From NCBI GenBank assembly GCA_049317085.1, contig JBMOIY010000001.1, forward strand, positions 1 through 60,860: DNA of 60,860 nucleotides. The letters are read 5' to 3'. The position numbers were made by a program, and so were the translations under genes. Shown here one piece after another: positions 19,874 through 30,466 of this stretch; position 1 is the stretch's first letter, and each line of letters opens with the position of its first letter. Under the pieces are notes generated by a model. The model had not been told where the DNA came from. It ran no database searches and saw nothing but the letters and a program-made list of their open reading frames with translations. The stretch comes from Rickettsiales bacterium (GTDB lineage Bacteria > Pseudomonadota > Alphaproteobacteria > Rickettsiales > UBA3002).

Positions 19874-22597
19874 TCATTTTTTGTCTCCGAATAGGTCGCG
19901 CTCGCCGAATACGAACCGGGTATAAAACCAGCTAAGGCCAAGCAGGCTGAGACCAAGGCCGAAGAAGGAGAAAACGCGGAATAGCCCTTCAAGTTCTGAG
20001 GCATCGTAGAGGAATACCTTTCCGACCGTAAGGATCATCACTGCCAGTGACGCGATGCGGATCATTTTATCGGCGCGGAGCGTGCCATAGAACAGCAAGC
20101 CCACACCGAACAGTAGCCATACAACCGAGTAGCTGTAGATTTCTGCGTTGCTGGTTTCCGTTCCGTTCAGGTAAGTGCCATGGAAAAATTGGCGTACACT
20201 CAGTGAAAGCAGCATGAAGGCTAGCAACAAGATGAATCCGTGCGTATATCGCACCCATGCGGATTTACCTAGATGCGGCAATTCCTGGGTGGTGCGCCAT
20301 GTCCATAGAATCGGCAATCCATAGGTTAGCAGCAAGGCATTGATAATAGGGATTTCGCCGACGGTTTGTGCTGACCAGAGCGGATTGTAGGCGATCAGGT
20401 CGAAGTAGCTGATGCGGAACATCGCGATACCTGCGAGCACCAGCCCACTCAGCGACACTGCTTGCCGTGCAAAGTTTCGGCCAATCCAGAGACAGACGAG
20501 CCCGTAGACGAACAGAATGTTGGTGATCACTCCACGCTCAACGAATCCAGCTTTGACGAACAGCACGTTTTCATCAACATGGAAGGCGTGGCGGGTGAGA
20601 TAATAACCCATCACTGCAATCAGCGCGATGGCAGCGATTTCGAGGGCGCGCACTAGTCCATCATCTTTGCTTTGGCGCAATAGGTAGCTAGCCGCAACAA
20701 AGCACACTGCCGGTAAGCCAAGCTGGAAGAACGGCCAATCCACCATCGGAATTCCCTGCTGCAGTGCCAGCTTGGCTTCCGTGAGGCTGTAGACCGTCAG
20801 TTGAATCAGTAGTAAGGTTTGTGGCAGCAACAAGAAGCCAAATACGCAGCCGAGAATGCCTGCAATATAGCGGAGGGCTTTTACATCGATCTTGGTGTTG
20901 ATCCAAACGATGGCAAGCAACTGGAGTGCGAATGCAACGGACAGGAACTCGCGCGGTAGCTCGATGGTCAATGCCAGAGAAATAAACGCGGTGCCCGTTG
21001 CAGCATAAATGGCGAGCAGATGCTGCTTTTGCGGATGATCCGCAGGCACCTCCGTCAGGATGTTCTTAACGCTATACGTTCCGAGCATCGCAAAACCAAG
21101 TGCTAGCCCGCCCCAGAATGATGGAATATCTGCTACTAGCGAAGTGGTGTGTAATGCATAATACCCAAGCAGATAATAACTGAGGCTCGCCGTCGACGTC
21201 AGCCCCGCCCATAATAATGGCCTTTCACTACGCGATTGCAGCAAATAACCGCTGGCAATATACATTACGCCAAAGATGGTGATGGTAATCGCAAGCTCAC
21301 CAGCATCTGCCGTATGCCAGGCCAATAGCATCACGGCATTTACTGCCATCGAGATCCACGGCACGAGGCCGTAAAGTTTCTGGTTACCGTAAGCCAATGC
21401 AACGCCGCCGAGCGACAGGATGCCGAATAGGCCCCATTCCATTGCGCCGAATCCGGCATGGACGGTCATACTGTCCATCAGCAGCAACGCGCCACCGAGT
21501 GACAAGTAGTTCAGCGCCGAAGTGACTTTGAATAGGTCAGTGATATCGGCACACTTAGCATCGTATGGCTGTTTGGATGTAACGACGACTGTTGCGCTCA
21601 CCGCAATGAGGAAGAGACCAAGATAGATGCTATCGCCCGGTGTGAAGTGGCTGCCGAACAGCCAGAGGCATACCCAAAGGAATGCGCCGCATACGGTTGG
21701 AATCGCCAACGCCCACCAGCCTTTTTTTCGGCTGACGGCCATTAAGCCGGTGAGTACGAAATAGAGGTAGAGGAATAAAATCGGGGCCTGTGGATCATGG
21801 CTACCAACAAGTGCCGGGGTCAGGAATCCACCGATAAGCCCGAGCAATGCAATCGGCATGCCGTGGCGCAAGGATAGCCATACGGCGGTGGCCGTGACTG
21901 CCGCCATGCCGCTGAACCCTACAAAAGCAGGAATTAAGTCATAGAGGCTAGTTGCAGCGAATAGACAAACGTATAAATCGGCAATACCCGCGCCGGATAG
22001 GGCTTGGGCGATGCGCGTGTCGTTAGCAAATTGCGTGCGCTCGCGCACCCAATCCGCCGCATAAAGCAACCCGCCGCCGAAAATTATTCCCAGTACGACA
22101 CGAACAGTGGGGCTAAGCAGTCCTGTTTCAATCGAATATTTGACGAGGAAGAATCCTGCTAATGCCAATGCGATGCCGCCGATCCAGACCGGCAGGCGCG
22201 CACCAAATTGCTGCTCAAAACTAATATGGGGAATGGCTGTCTTTTTAGGAGTAGCTTCCTTCGGTTCGCCGTGGGTGGCGTTAGCTTCTGCATTAATTGC
22301 AGCGAAATCATGCGATGGCTGTGCGCCTATAGCCGGGGTTTCTGTAGAGGCAGGTTGTGCAGCGAGGATAGCTTGCGCCGTTTCCTGACGCTGCCAAGGC
22401 CATATTTTTTGCGGTGATACGATTTCTGGCGGCACCTTTACGCCGGTCTTTTCAAGAAAAGCGAACAGTTCCTGTAGTTGCTTCTTCAATGCTGCCAACT
22501 GCGCTTGCGTATCCTGTATACGGCTACGGTTTACCCAAGGGAGAATGAGCGCGGTGAAGAAAAAGAAGCCGCCGATGAGAAGAGCAAAGAGCCACAT
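19874..22597 (-). CDS. DUF2339-family polytopic membrane protein
   Basis: 907 aa with one N-terminal TM, a coiled-coil (QAQLAALKKQLQEL) and then many hydrophobic helices. Confidence 0.75.
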   Translation of the reverse strand: MWLFALLIGGFFFFTALILPWVNRSRIQDTQAQLAALKKQLQELFAFLEKTGVKVPPEIVSPQKIWPWQRQETAQAILAAQPASTETPAIGAQPSHDFAAINAEANATHGEPKEATPKKTAIPHISFEQQFGARLPVWIGGIALALAGFFLVKYSIETGLLSPTVRVVLGIIFGGGLLYAADWVRERTQFANDTRIAQALSGAGIADLYVCLFAATSLYDLIPAFVGFSGMAAVTATAVWLSLRHGMPIALLGLIGGFLTPALVGSHDPQAPILFLYLYFVLTGLMAVSRKKGWWALAIPTVCGAFLWVCLWLFGSHFTPGDSIYLGLFLIAVSATVVVTSKQPYDAKCADITDLFKVTSALNYLSLGGALLLMDSMTVHAGFGAMEWGLFGILSLGGVALAYGNQKLYGLVPWISMAVNAVMLLAWHTADAGELAITITIFGVMYIASGYLLQSRSERPLLWAGLTSTASLSYYLLGYYALHTTSLVADIPSFWGGLALGFAMLGTYSVKNILTEVPADHPQKQHLLAIYAATGTAFISLALTIELPREFLSVAFALQLLAIVWINTKIDVKALRYIAGILGCVFGFLLLPQTLLLIQLTVYSLTEAKLALQQGIPMVDWPFFQLGLPAVCFVAASYLLRQSKDDGLVRALEIAAIALIAVMGYYLTRHAFHVDENVLFVKAGFVERGVITNILFVYGLVCLWIGRNFARQAVSLSGLVLAGIAMFRISYFDLIAYNPLWSAQTVGEIPIINALLLTYGLPILWTWRTTQELPHLGKSAWVRYTHGFILLLAFMLLSLSVRQFFHGTYLNGTETSNAEIYSYSVVWLLFGVGLLFYGTLRADKMIRIASLAVMILTVGKVFLYDASELEGLFRVFSFFGLGLSLLGLSWFYTRFVFGERDLFGDKK

Positions 22598-22603
22598 ATA
22601 AAC

Positions 22604-23914
22604 CTATCCTCTAATACCGCGAATGGCTGCGACGGTTTTATTCGGTAATTCGGGAAGCAGCTTGCAGCTGCGCGCTACGACTCCTAAATTCAATAAGGCG
22701 ATGATGATGGATAATTCAAATATATTAACCCCAATGGCGAGCAGCCCCGCGCTGATCAGCATGGCTAGCGTAATGAAAGCCGAATTGATCACGTTGCGCG
22801 CCGCGATAATGCGCGAGCGGTATTTCACCTCGGCTTTTGCCTGCATGATTGTATAGAGTGGCACGATGTAGACACCACCGGCGACTGCAATGCCAACCAT
22901 GGAAAGCATCATCGGCCAGTGTTTCGAGTGTTCGATGAATTCCCATGCGCCCATCAAGTGATCCGTGGGCGCGGGTGCACTGAACACCATGGCGGCAATG
23001 AAAAGCGAGATGAAAAACGCGGCGACCGGAGTGAATTTTGCTGAGATTTCACCCTTTAGAAGGCGGTTGCAAATCAGCGAACCTAGCGAAATGCCCAGTG
23101 AGAAGATAATTAGGAACAACGTATACACCTCGCTATCGCCACCGACCGCTTTGGCAAACGTTGGAAATTGCCCCATGAACACTGCCGCGATGAGCAGGAA
23201 CCATGAAAGGCCGAGAATCGATAAGATCACCGGGCGATTCGTTCTGACTTGGCCGATGATGGTAATGGCTTCGCGTACCACATAGTAATTGATTTTCAAT
23301 TCCGCTGAAGCTGGCTGGGTCGGAAAAATAAATCGGCTAGCGATGAAACCCAATATCGCACCACCGGCGAGCACATAACCAATCAGTTCGCCGCCTTTGT
23401 CATGTTCGATCAATAAGCCGCCGAGGATTAGTCCCGCCAGCACCGAAGCATAGGTTCCACCCGCTATGAGGCTATTACCGGGGAGCAGTTCCTTCTCAGT
23501 GAGATGATCCGAGAGGATGCTATATTTGATTGGGCCAAAGAATGCTGAATGCACGCCTGTCATCAGTAACAGCCCCATCAGCAGATAAATCTCGCCATGG
23601 ATGAATCCGTAGGCGGCGAAGCTCATGATGAGAACTTCCGATAGCTTGATCCATTTAATCAGCTTCGCCTTATCGTATTTATCAGCCAGTTGCCCAGCGA
23701 TGGGGGAAAGGATTGGGAATGGGATCACCAGCAATGTAGAGCACAGCGCGACCATCACGCCCGCCGTTAGCCATGAGATCGGCCCGCTGGTGAATTGATA
23801 GGTAATCATCACCGCCAACGCGCTGCGAAACATATTGTCGTTAAATGACCCAAGAAACTGCGTCATGAATAATGGCAGGAATCGTCGGGTCTTCATTAGC
23901 TCGTATTGTCCCAT
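22604..23914 (-). CDS. MFS transporter, lysophospholipid-transporter (LplT)-like
   Basis: 436 aa with the RRFLPLFMTQFLGSFNDNMFRSAL N-terminus typical of LplT-type MFS proteins. Confidence 0.8.
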   Translation of the reverse strand: MGQYELMKTRRFLPLFMTQFLGSFNDNMFRSALAVMITYQFTSGPISWLTAGVMVALCSTLLVIPFPILSPIAGQLADKYDKAKLIKWIKLSEVLIMSFAAYGFIHGEIYLLMGLLLMTGVHSAFFGPIKYSILSDHLTEKELLPGNSLIAGGTYASVLAGLILGGLLIEHDKGGELIGYVLAGGAILGFIASRFIFPTQPASAELKINYYVVREAITIIGQVRTNRPVILSILGLSWFLLIAAVFMGQFPTFAKAVGGDSEVYTLFLIIFSLGISLGSLICNRLLKGEISAKFTPVAAFFISLFIAAMVFSAPAPTDHLMGAWEFIEHSKHWPMMLSMVGIAVAGGVYIVPLYTIMQAKAEVKYRSRIIAARNVINSAFITLAMLISAGLLAIGVNIFELSIIIALLNLGVVARSCKLLPELPNKTVAAIRGIRG

Positions 23915-23961
23915 GCGTAACTCCCTTGCCTTGTCAATTTCAATTCACTATAGCTTTTAAA

Positions 23962-23974
23962 TGAACAATGTTCA
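23962..23974. promoter_or_regulatory. Perfect 6-1-6 palindrome TGAACA-A-TGTTCA, candidate operator
   Basis: Lies in the divergent intergenic region between the MFS gene and the TetR gene. Confidence 0.3.
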
Positions 23975-24011
23975 ATAAGTAATTATACAACGTCTAATTA
24001 AAGAGGGAATT

Positions 24012-24608
24012 ATGGCTCGGCGTTACGATCACAGCAAGGAAGCCTTGCAGGAAATGGCGATTACGGCAGGCCAATATATTATTCAATCTCAGGGATTTGA
24101 CAAATTCAGCGCCCGCAAGGTGGCGGCAGAGATTGGGTACACGGTCGGGACGGTCTATAACTTGTTTGGCAGCCATGATAACCTGATCCTGCATATCAAC
24201 GCCCGCACGCTCGATGCATGGTTCGAAGATTTGCAGCGTACGATAGCGGCACGCAAAACTCCGCCTTCGTTTGAAGACCTGGCGCTTTACTATATCGACT
24301 ACAGTGCCGCCCATTATAACGAATGGATGGCGCTCTTTGAACATAGCCTGCCGCCGGATGCTCCTATGCCTGAATGGTATATCCCCAAAATGCGGCACTT
24401 CTTTGAACTACTGGAGGGCATGGTGCTGCCTTATGTGAAAGCTAACCGCCGCAAGGCGCGCCGTGCCGCACGGGTGTTGTGGGCAGGGATTCATGGCATC
24501 TGCATACTTTCTCTCTCCCGCAAACTGGACCTGATCGATTCCGAATCGGCACAAATATTGGCCAAATCCTTCGTCGAAAATTACCTGCGGGGATTGCAGC
24601 ATGCCTGA
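24012..24608 (+). CDS. TetR-family transcriptional regulator
   Basis: 198 aa with the HTH FDKFSARKVAAEIGYTVGTVYNLF. Confidence 0.85.
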   Translation: MARRYDHSKEALQEMAITAGQYIIQSQGFDKFSARKVAAEIGYTVGTVYNLFGSHDNLILHINARTLDAWFEDLQRTIAARKTPPSFEDLALYYIDYSAAHYNEWMALFEHSLPPDAPMPEWYIPKMRHFFELLEGMVLPYVKANRRKARRAARVLWAGIHGICILSLSRKLDLIDSESAQILAKSFVENYLRGLQHA

Positions 24609-24711
24609 TGGTGTCATCGTTCTACACGGCATTTTCCGTAAGCATCGTAGCATGCGCAAACTTGCCATTTATCTGGAGAAGGATGGGTTTGAAGTGCTCA
24701 ACCTTAGTTAA
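24601..24711 (+). pseudogene. Alpha/beta-hydrolase N-terminal fragment (36 codons)
   Basis: MPDGVIVLHGIFRKHRSMRKLAIYLEKDGFEVLNLS* has its ATG overlapping the TetR stop. It resembles the start of lipase/esterase-type hydrolases and ends before any catalytic motif. Confidence 0.4.
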
Positions 24712-24880
24712 TATTCCCTCCTAAACGACACGCCGAAATAGCCTCGCAGAGAGAACGGCGTGAATGTAGCTCTAAAATGGCTCGGAATCTTTTCTCTGGT
24801 GTCGTTTGCTTTTGCTAGTAGCCCAAATAGCGCGGCACAGGACGATAATCTCTCTAAAAATGAGACTGCTACTCCGGAAA

Positions 24881-24957
<77 letters not shown>

Positions 24958-25003
24958 ACTTCCCTTAACGGAGGGCGTCTTTTAGGCACCCCGGGGCGGG
25001 TTG

Positions 25004-26155
25004 TCAAGCCGTTCGGCGTGTCCGCAGGTAAATGAGGCCCCAGAGGCTGGATAGCAGGGAGCCTGCTAGGACGCCGAGTTTGAGTTCGTCCTGCATCTCG
25101 GCTCCGGTGAAGGCCAGTTTCCCGATGAAGAGGCTCATGGTGAAGCCGATGCCGGCGAGGATGGCGATGCCGTACACTAAGGGCCAGTTGACACCGTTTG
25201 GCAGGCTGGCGAGACGACCTTTCACGCAGGCATAGGTGGCGGCGAGGATGCCGAGCTGTTTGCCAAAGAAGAGGGCGAGGGTGATGCCGACGGGCAAGGC
25301 TGAGAAGGCAGCAGCGATGCTGATGCCACGAATATCGACCCCAGCGCTGGTGAAGGCAAAGATGGGGAGGATGAGGAAGGCGACGCTCGGATGGATTTTG
25401 TGCAGCAGGTTATTGAGTAACGGGTCGCCGCTTTTTTTGCGTAGTGGAATCGCGATGCCGGTCATGACGCCTGCGACGGTGGGGTGGATGCCTGCTTCGT
25501 GCAGTGCGAACCAGAGGGCGATGCCGGTGAGCAGATAGGGGATGAGGCTGCTGATATGGACGCGGTTGAGGATGTAGAGCAGCGCGCCTAATGCGGCGAC
25601 GGCAGCTAGGGGAAAAATGGCGAGGCCGCTAGAGTAGAATAACGCGATGATGAGTATGGCGGCGAGGTCATCGTAAATGGCGATGGCGAGGAGGAAGATT
25701 TTTGCGGGTTGCGGGACGGCGGGGCCGATGAGGCGCAGGACGCAGAGGGCAAAGGCGATATCGGTCGCGGTCGGGATGGCCCAGCCTGCGTGGAGTTGTG
25801 GCTGGTCATGGGTGATGGCGAGGTAAAGCATTGCAGGGACGACAATGCCGCCGATGGCGGCGATGAGCGGGAGGATCTTCTGGCCTTTGGCGGCGAGTGC
25901 GCCTTCGCGCATTTCGATCTTCAGTTCCATGCCGATGGCAAAGAAGAAGATGACCATCAAGACGTCTTTCACCAGCAGTTCGACATCGACATGGCCGAAG
26001 AGGTTGGCGGTGATGAGTTGGTGGTAGCCTTGTGATAAGGGTGAATTGGCGAGCAAGATGGCAAACGCGGCGGCGGCGATCATTACGATGCCGCCCGCGG
26101 ATTCCAGCTCGAGGAAATTTTTCGTGGCGTGGGTGAGTCTACGGAAATAGCGCAT
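25004..26155 (-). CDS. nhaA: Na+/H+ antiporter NhaA
   Basis: 383 aa polytopic protein with FFF.IG.E.K.E and IPTATDIAFALCVL (the NhaA DD-region equivalent). Confidence 0.9.
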   Translation of the reverse strand: MRYFRRLTHATKNFLELESAGGIVMIAAAAFAILLANSPLSQGYHQLITANLFGHVDVELLVKDVLMVIFFFAIGMELKIEMREGALAAKGQKILPLIAAIGGIVVPAMLYLAITHDQPQLHAGWAIPTATDIAFALCVLRLIGPAVPQPAKIFLLAIAIYDDLAAILIIALFYSSGLAIFPLAAVAALGALLYILNRVHISSLIPYLLTGIALWFALHEAGIHPTVAGVMTGIAIPLRKKSGDPLLNNLLHKIHPSVAFLILPIFAFTSAGVDIRGISIAAAFSALPVGITLALFFGKQLGILAATYACVKGRLASLPNGVNWPLVYGIAILAGIGFTMSLFIGKLAFTGAEMQDELKLGVLAGSLLSSLWGLIYLRTRRTA

Positions 26156-26156
26156 G

Positions 26157-26861
26157 CTATTTCACGTTGATGCGTTTGCCGTTGGGGGCATCCGCCTCGG
26201 AAAGACGCACGAACATTTCGGTAATGGATTCGGGTGCGGGAAGGCTTAGCGGGTCTTCGCCGGGGAAGGCTTTAGCGCGCATACGGGTGCGCACGGCGCC
26301 CGGGTCTAGCACGTTGACGCGCACGCTGGTCATCGCCATCTCGGCGGCATAGGTGAGGGTCAGATGTTCGAGGGCGGCTTTGCTTGCAGCGTAGGGGCCC
26401 CAATAGGCGATGGGTGCAAGTGCAGCGCCCGAGGTAACCATGATAACGCGGCCTGCTTTGGCGAGGCGCAATAGTGGATCACAGGCACGCAGCAGGCGGG
26501 CACTGGCGATAGTGTTGATGGCGAACACATCTTCCACTTCACTTGGCGCGGCGTGGGCGATGGGCGATAAGCTGCCGAGGGTGGCAGCGTTACCGACAAG
26601 GATATCGAGCTTGCCGAAGCGTTCATATATTTGTGCGCCGAGGGCGTCGATCATGTCGGACTGGCGTAAATCGAGCGGGACGATGGTGGCGGGTTTGCCG
26701 GTGATCTTCTGGATCGCGTCGTCTACTTCCTCAAGCCCGCCAATGGTGCGGCCTGTCAAAATCACCTGCGCGCCTTCGGCGGCGAATTGCTTGGCGACGG
26801 CGGCGCCGATACCGCGCGATGCGCCGGTGATGAGGGCGATTTTATTTTCTAAGCGCTTCAT
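26157..26861 (-). CDS. SDR-family oxidoreductase
   Basis: Start moved to MKRLENKIALITGASRGIG (ATG 26861, ATGA overlap with the purF stop). Has TGxxxGIG and YxxxK (YAASKAAL). Confidence 0.85.
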   Translation of the reverse strand: MKRLENKIALITGASRGIGAAVAKQFAAEGAQVILTGRTIGGLEEVDDAIQKITGKPATIVPLDLRQSDMIDALGAQIYERFGKLDILVGNAATLGSLSPIAHAAPSEVEDVFAINTIASARLLRACDPLLRLAKAGRVIMVTSGAALAPIAYWGPYAASKAALEHLTLTYAAEMAMTSVRVNVLDPGAVRTRMRAKAFPGEDPLSLPAPESITEMFVRLSEADAPNGKRINVK

Positions 26862-28294
26862 GCCACCTCTTTGACGAAGAGGTCCTTCTGGCTGACGCCG
26901 ATACCGGAGTTGTAGTCCGTCAGTGCGATGGGGTATTCGCCGCTGAAGCAGGCGTCGCAATATTGGGGGACTTCGTTGTTGCGTTTGGCTTCGCCGACGG
27001 CGCGGTAGAGACCGTCCATGCTGAGGAAGGCGAGGGAATCGACGCCGATGATTTTCGCCATTTCTTCGATGGTGTTGTTTGCGGCCATAAGTTGGGATTT
27101 CTCGGGTGTGTCGACACCGTAGAAGCAGGAGTTTGTCGTTGGTGGGCTGGCGATGCGCATGTGCACTTCGGTCGCACCCGCCTCGCGTACCATGGTGACG
27201 ATTTTTTTGCTGGTGGTGCCGCGGACGATGGAGTCATCGACAAGGATGACGCGCTTGCCTTTGAGCAGGGCGGAGTTGGCGTTGTGTTTTAGTTTCACGC
27301 CCAAGTGGCGGACGGATTCCGACGGTTCGATGAAGGTGCGGCCGACATAATGGTTGCGGATGATGCCCAGATCGAACGGGATGCCGGCCGTTTCAGAATA
27401 ACCAATCGCGCCGGGGACGCCCGAATCGGGCACGGGGACGACGACATCCGCTTCCACATGGTTCTCGCGAGCGAGTTCCGCGCCGATGCGTTTGCGCACG
27501 GCATAGACGCTGGTCTCCTGCATTACGGAATCAGGACGAGCGAAATAGACATACTCGAAAATGCAGAAGCGCGGCGTTTGTATGGTCAGTGGGAAGAGGC
27601 TGCGGATGCCGCTTTCATCAACGATGATCATTTCGCCTGGCGCAACGTCACGCACATGGTCGGCGCCGATGATGTCGAGGGCGCAGGTCTCGGAGGTGAG
27701 TATGTACGCGTCGCCGAGTTTGCCTAGGACGAGCGGGCGCACGCCGTGAGGGTCGCGCACGCCGATCAGGGATTGTGGCGAGAGGATGACGAGGGAGTAG
27801 GCGCCCTCGACCTGTTGCAAGGCGTCGATGATGCGGTCTTCGATGGTGAGGCCATTGCTCAGCGCGACGCGATGGACGATGACTTCGGTGTCGGAGGTGG
27901 AGGCGAAGAGGGAACCGCGGGCAATGAGTTCGCGGCGGAGTGTCATGGCGTTCGTCAGGTTGCCGTTATGGGCGAGGGCGAAGCCGCCCAGCGCAAGGTC
28001 GGCATAGAATGGTTGCACGTTGCGCAGGAGGGTTTCGCCGGTGGTGGAGTAACGGTTATGGCCGATGGCGGCGGTGCCGTGGAGGCGACCCATGGTCTCG
28101 GCATCGGAGAAATTATCGCCCACCAAACCGAGGGCCCGGTGGGAGAAGAATTGGCCGCCATCGTTGCTGACGATGCCGGCGGCTTCCTGCCCGCGATGCT
28201 GCAGGGCATGGAGGCCGAGTGCAGTGTGGGCTGCGGCATCCGGCGTGCCGAAGATACCGAAGACGCCGCACTCATCGTTGAATTTATCGAACAT
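26858..28294 (-). CDS. purF: Amidophosphoribosyltransferase
   Basis: 478 aa with the N-terminal ...ECGVFGIFG Ntn motif and the PRTase VILVDDSIVRGTT motif. Confidence 0.95.
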   Translation of the reverse strand: MFDKFNDECGVFGIFGTPDAAAHTALGLHALQHRGQEAAGIVSNDGGQFFSHRALGLVGDNFSDAETMGRLHGTAAIGHNRYSTTGETLLRNVQPFYADLALGGFALAHNGNLTNAMTLRRELIARGSLFASTSDTEVIVHRVALSNGLTIEDRIIDALQQVEGAYSLVILSPQSLIGVRDPHGVRPLVLGKLGDAYILTSETCALDIIGADHVRDVAPGEMIIVDESGIRSLFPLTIQTPRFCIFEYVYFARPDSVMQETSVYAVRKRIGAELARENHVEADVVVPVPDSGVPGAIGYSETAGIPFDLGIIRNHYVGRTFIEPSESVRHLGVKLKHNANSALLKGKRVILVDDSIVRGTTSKKIVTMVREAGATEVHMRIASPPTTNSCFYGVDTPEKSQLMAANNTIEEMAKIIGVDSLAFLSMDGLYRAVGEAKRNNEVPQYCDACFSGEYPIALTDYNSGIGVSQKDLFVKEVA

Positions 28295-28965
28295 CAGCGT
28301 TTCTCATTCTCTTCCCGGATACGTTTCTGGAGGTCCTCGATGGAAGGAAGTTTCGAGGTAGGCATGTCTTCGTCTTTAGTATTCGGCGGCGTGATGCGCT
28401 TAACAATGGTGCCGCGCTCGAATGGGTTGGCGCTGACTTTTTCACCGTCGGTGGACTCTTTGTCTTCCTTCTTGCCGGTCACTGCGTCGAGGTAGCTTGG
28501 CGTGAGTTTGGCGACCCATTTAGCGGATTTGGCGATGTAGGGGCGCGATTCGGAGGTGCGCACCCAATCCGGGTAATCTTTCTCGACGAGGACGATGGTC
28601 ATGACGAAATAGGCGATGGAGACAATGAGCACACCGCGTGCGACGCCGAAGCAGAGGCCGATGATGTTGTCGAGCACGCCGACTTCGGAGCCGGTTTTGA
28701 CGAATTTCAGGATGAGGCTGGTCAGGATGGAAAGAAGAATCAGTGCGATGAAGAAGACGCCGATGGAAGCAAGGCCGCTGGCGATGACCTCGCTTTTGAC
28801 TTGCGGCTCTATGTATTTGCTGGCCATCGGGAACGTATAGAGGGTGATGACGGAAGCGCCGAGCCATGCGCCGAGGGAAAGCACTTCGCGCACGAAGCCG
28901 CGGAAGAAGGAAAGCAAGGCGGATAAGCCGACGACAATCAGCACGCCCAAATCGAATAGATTCAT
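28294..28965 (-). CDS. cvpA: CvpA-family membrane protein
   Basis: MNLFDLGVLIVVGLSALLSFFRGFVRE is typical of CvpA. It has a charged C-terminal tail of about 60 aa. Start chosen at ATG 28965. Confidence 0.8.
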   Translation of the reverse strand: MNLFDLGVLIVVGLSALLSFFRGFVREVLSLGAWLGASVITLYTFPMASKYIEPQVKSEVIASGLASIGVFFIALILLSILTSLILKFVKTGSEVGVLDNIIGLCFGVARGVLIVSIAYFVMTIVLVEKDYPDWVRTSESRPYIAKSAKWVAKLTPSYLDAVTGKKEDKESTDGEKVSANPFERGTIVKRITPPNTKDEDMPTSKLPSIEDLQKRIREENEKR

Positions 28966-29004
28966 CGAAGTTTCGACCACACGAACCCCAGCTGTTAGAT
29001 TGCG

Positions 29005-30357
29005 CTAGCTGCTCTCTAGCATAAACCTAACCAGCCCGTCCACATGCCCCACGCGGTGGGGAGCGTTATTTTTTTCGGGGGAGCTCGCGGGGATAAGGGA
29101 TTTGGTGAAACCAAGCGCCAGGGACTCCTTCAGGCGAGTGTCAGTGCGGCTTACGGAGCGAATTTCGCCTGTAAGGCCGATTTCGCCGAAGCCGACGAGG
29201 CTGGTGGGTAAGGGTTTATCCAGCAGGGCGGAAATCAGGGCCATGGCGACGGCGACGTCGGCGGCAGGTTCGTTGATCTTGAGGCCGCCTGCGACATTGA
29301 GGAAGACTTCCTTATCCGAAAAGCGCATGCCGGCGCGGGTTTCTAATACCGCTAAAATCATGGATAAACGTGCGTTGTCGTAGCCGACGGTTGCCCTGCG
29401 CGGGGTGCTCATGGTCGAGGAAGAGACGAGGGCTTGGATTTCCACCAGTAATGGACGGGTGCCTTCCATGCCCGCAAATACAGCGGCGCCGCTGACGGGG
29501 TTCTCGCGTGCATGGAGGAACATGGCGGAGGGGTTGGCGACTTCTTCCAAGCCCGTATCGCTCATGGCGAAGACGCCGATTTCGTCCGTTGCGCCAAAGC
29601 GGTTTTTCACGGCGCGTAGGATGCGATAATATTGGCCACGGTCGCCCTCGAAATACAGCACGGTGTCGACCATATGCTCGAGTACGCGGGGGCCGGCGAT
29701 CTGGCCGTCCTTCGTTACATGGCCGACTAAAATAAGGCTGAAACCCCGTTTCTTGGCGGCGCGGATGAGTTCGTGGGTACTGGCGCGCACCTGAGCGACG
29801 GTGCCGGGGGCAGAATCCAATGAATCGACGAACATGGTCTGGATGGAGTCGATGACGACGACATCGGGTGCCTGGCCACTATCGATGCTTGCGAGAATTT
29901 CACGGACGGAAGTGGCGGTCGCGAGTTTCAGTGGGGCATTGGCGAGGCCGAGGCGCTGGCTGCGAAGCTGGATCTGGGCGAGGGATTCCTCGCCGCTAAC
30001 ATAAAGCACATCACGCCCGCCGCGGGCCAAGGTAGAGGCGGCTTGTAATAATAGCGTGGATTTGCCGATGCCTGGGTCACCGCCCAATAGAATCGCGGAG
30101 CCTTCGACGAGGCCGCCGCCGAGGACGCGGTCGAGTTCGGCGATGCCAGTGGATTCGCGGGCGTGGGGGGCGACGGTATCTGCCAAGGTGGCGATCTCGA
30201 GGCCTTTGGATTTGCCGGGCTTCAAGCCTTTGGGTGTAACCGTTACCGATTCCTCGATGATGCTGTTCCACTCACCACACGCGTCACAGCGGCCCGACCA
30301 TTTATGGGTGACGGCACCGCAGGACTGACAGACATACTGTTTCGCGTTCTTGGCCAT
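29005..30357 (-). CDS. radA: DNA repair protein RadA
   Basis: MAKNAKQYVCQSCG zinc finger, Walker A GDPGIGKST, KNRFG motif and a Lon-like C-terminus. Confidence 0.95.
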   Translation of the reverse strand: MAKNAKQYVCQSCGAVTHKWSGRCDACGEWNSIIEESVTVTPKGLKPGKSKGLEIATLADTVAPHARESTGIAELDRVLGGGLVEGSAILLGGDPGIGKSTLLLQAASTLARGGRDVLYVSGEESLAQIQLRSQRLGLANAPLKLATATSVREILASIDSGQAPDVVVIDSIQTMFVDSLDSAPGTVAQVRASTHELIRAAKKRGFSLILVGHVTKDGQIAGPRVLEHMVDTVLYFEGDRGQYYRILRAVKNRFGATDEIGVFAMSDTGLEEVANPSAMFLHARENPVSGAAVFAGMEGTRPLLVEIQALVSSSTMSTPRRATVGYDNARLSMILAVLETRAGMRFSDKEVFLNVAGGLKINEPAADVAVAMALISALLDKPLPTSLVGFGEIGLTGEIRSVSRTDTRLKESLALGFTKSLIPASSPEKNNAPHRVGHVDGLVRFMLESS

Positions 30358-30407
30358 GCCACGGTTGTAGCATTCTTGGGACAAGAATCAAGTAGCTAGT
30401 TATAAAA

Positions 30408-30436
30408 TTGAAAAAAAACGCGTTTCCGTCATAATT
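30408..30436 (+). promoter_or_regulatory. Candidate sigma70-type promoter TTGAAA-N17-ATAATT
   Basis: Hexamers and 17-nt spacing were read directly. It lies just upstream of the deaminase-like ORF and overlaps the ORF-track TTG start region. Confidence 0.3.
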
Positions 30437-30466
30437 TTGTCATGTTTTGCGGCTAAAGCGTGTAAG

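Noticed and set aside
19714-20004. A 96-aa minus-strand ORF overlapping the DUF2339 3' end
   Set aside because: It is out of frame with the DUF2339 C-terminus, has no motif and has odd composition. The region downstream of 19874 is better explained as non-coding plus the HigA remnant.
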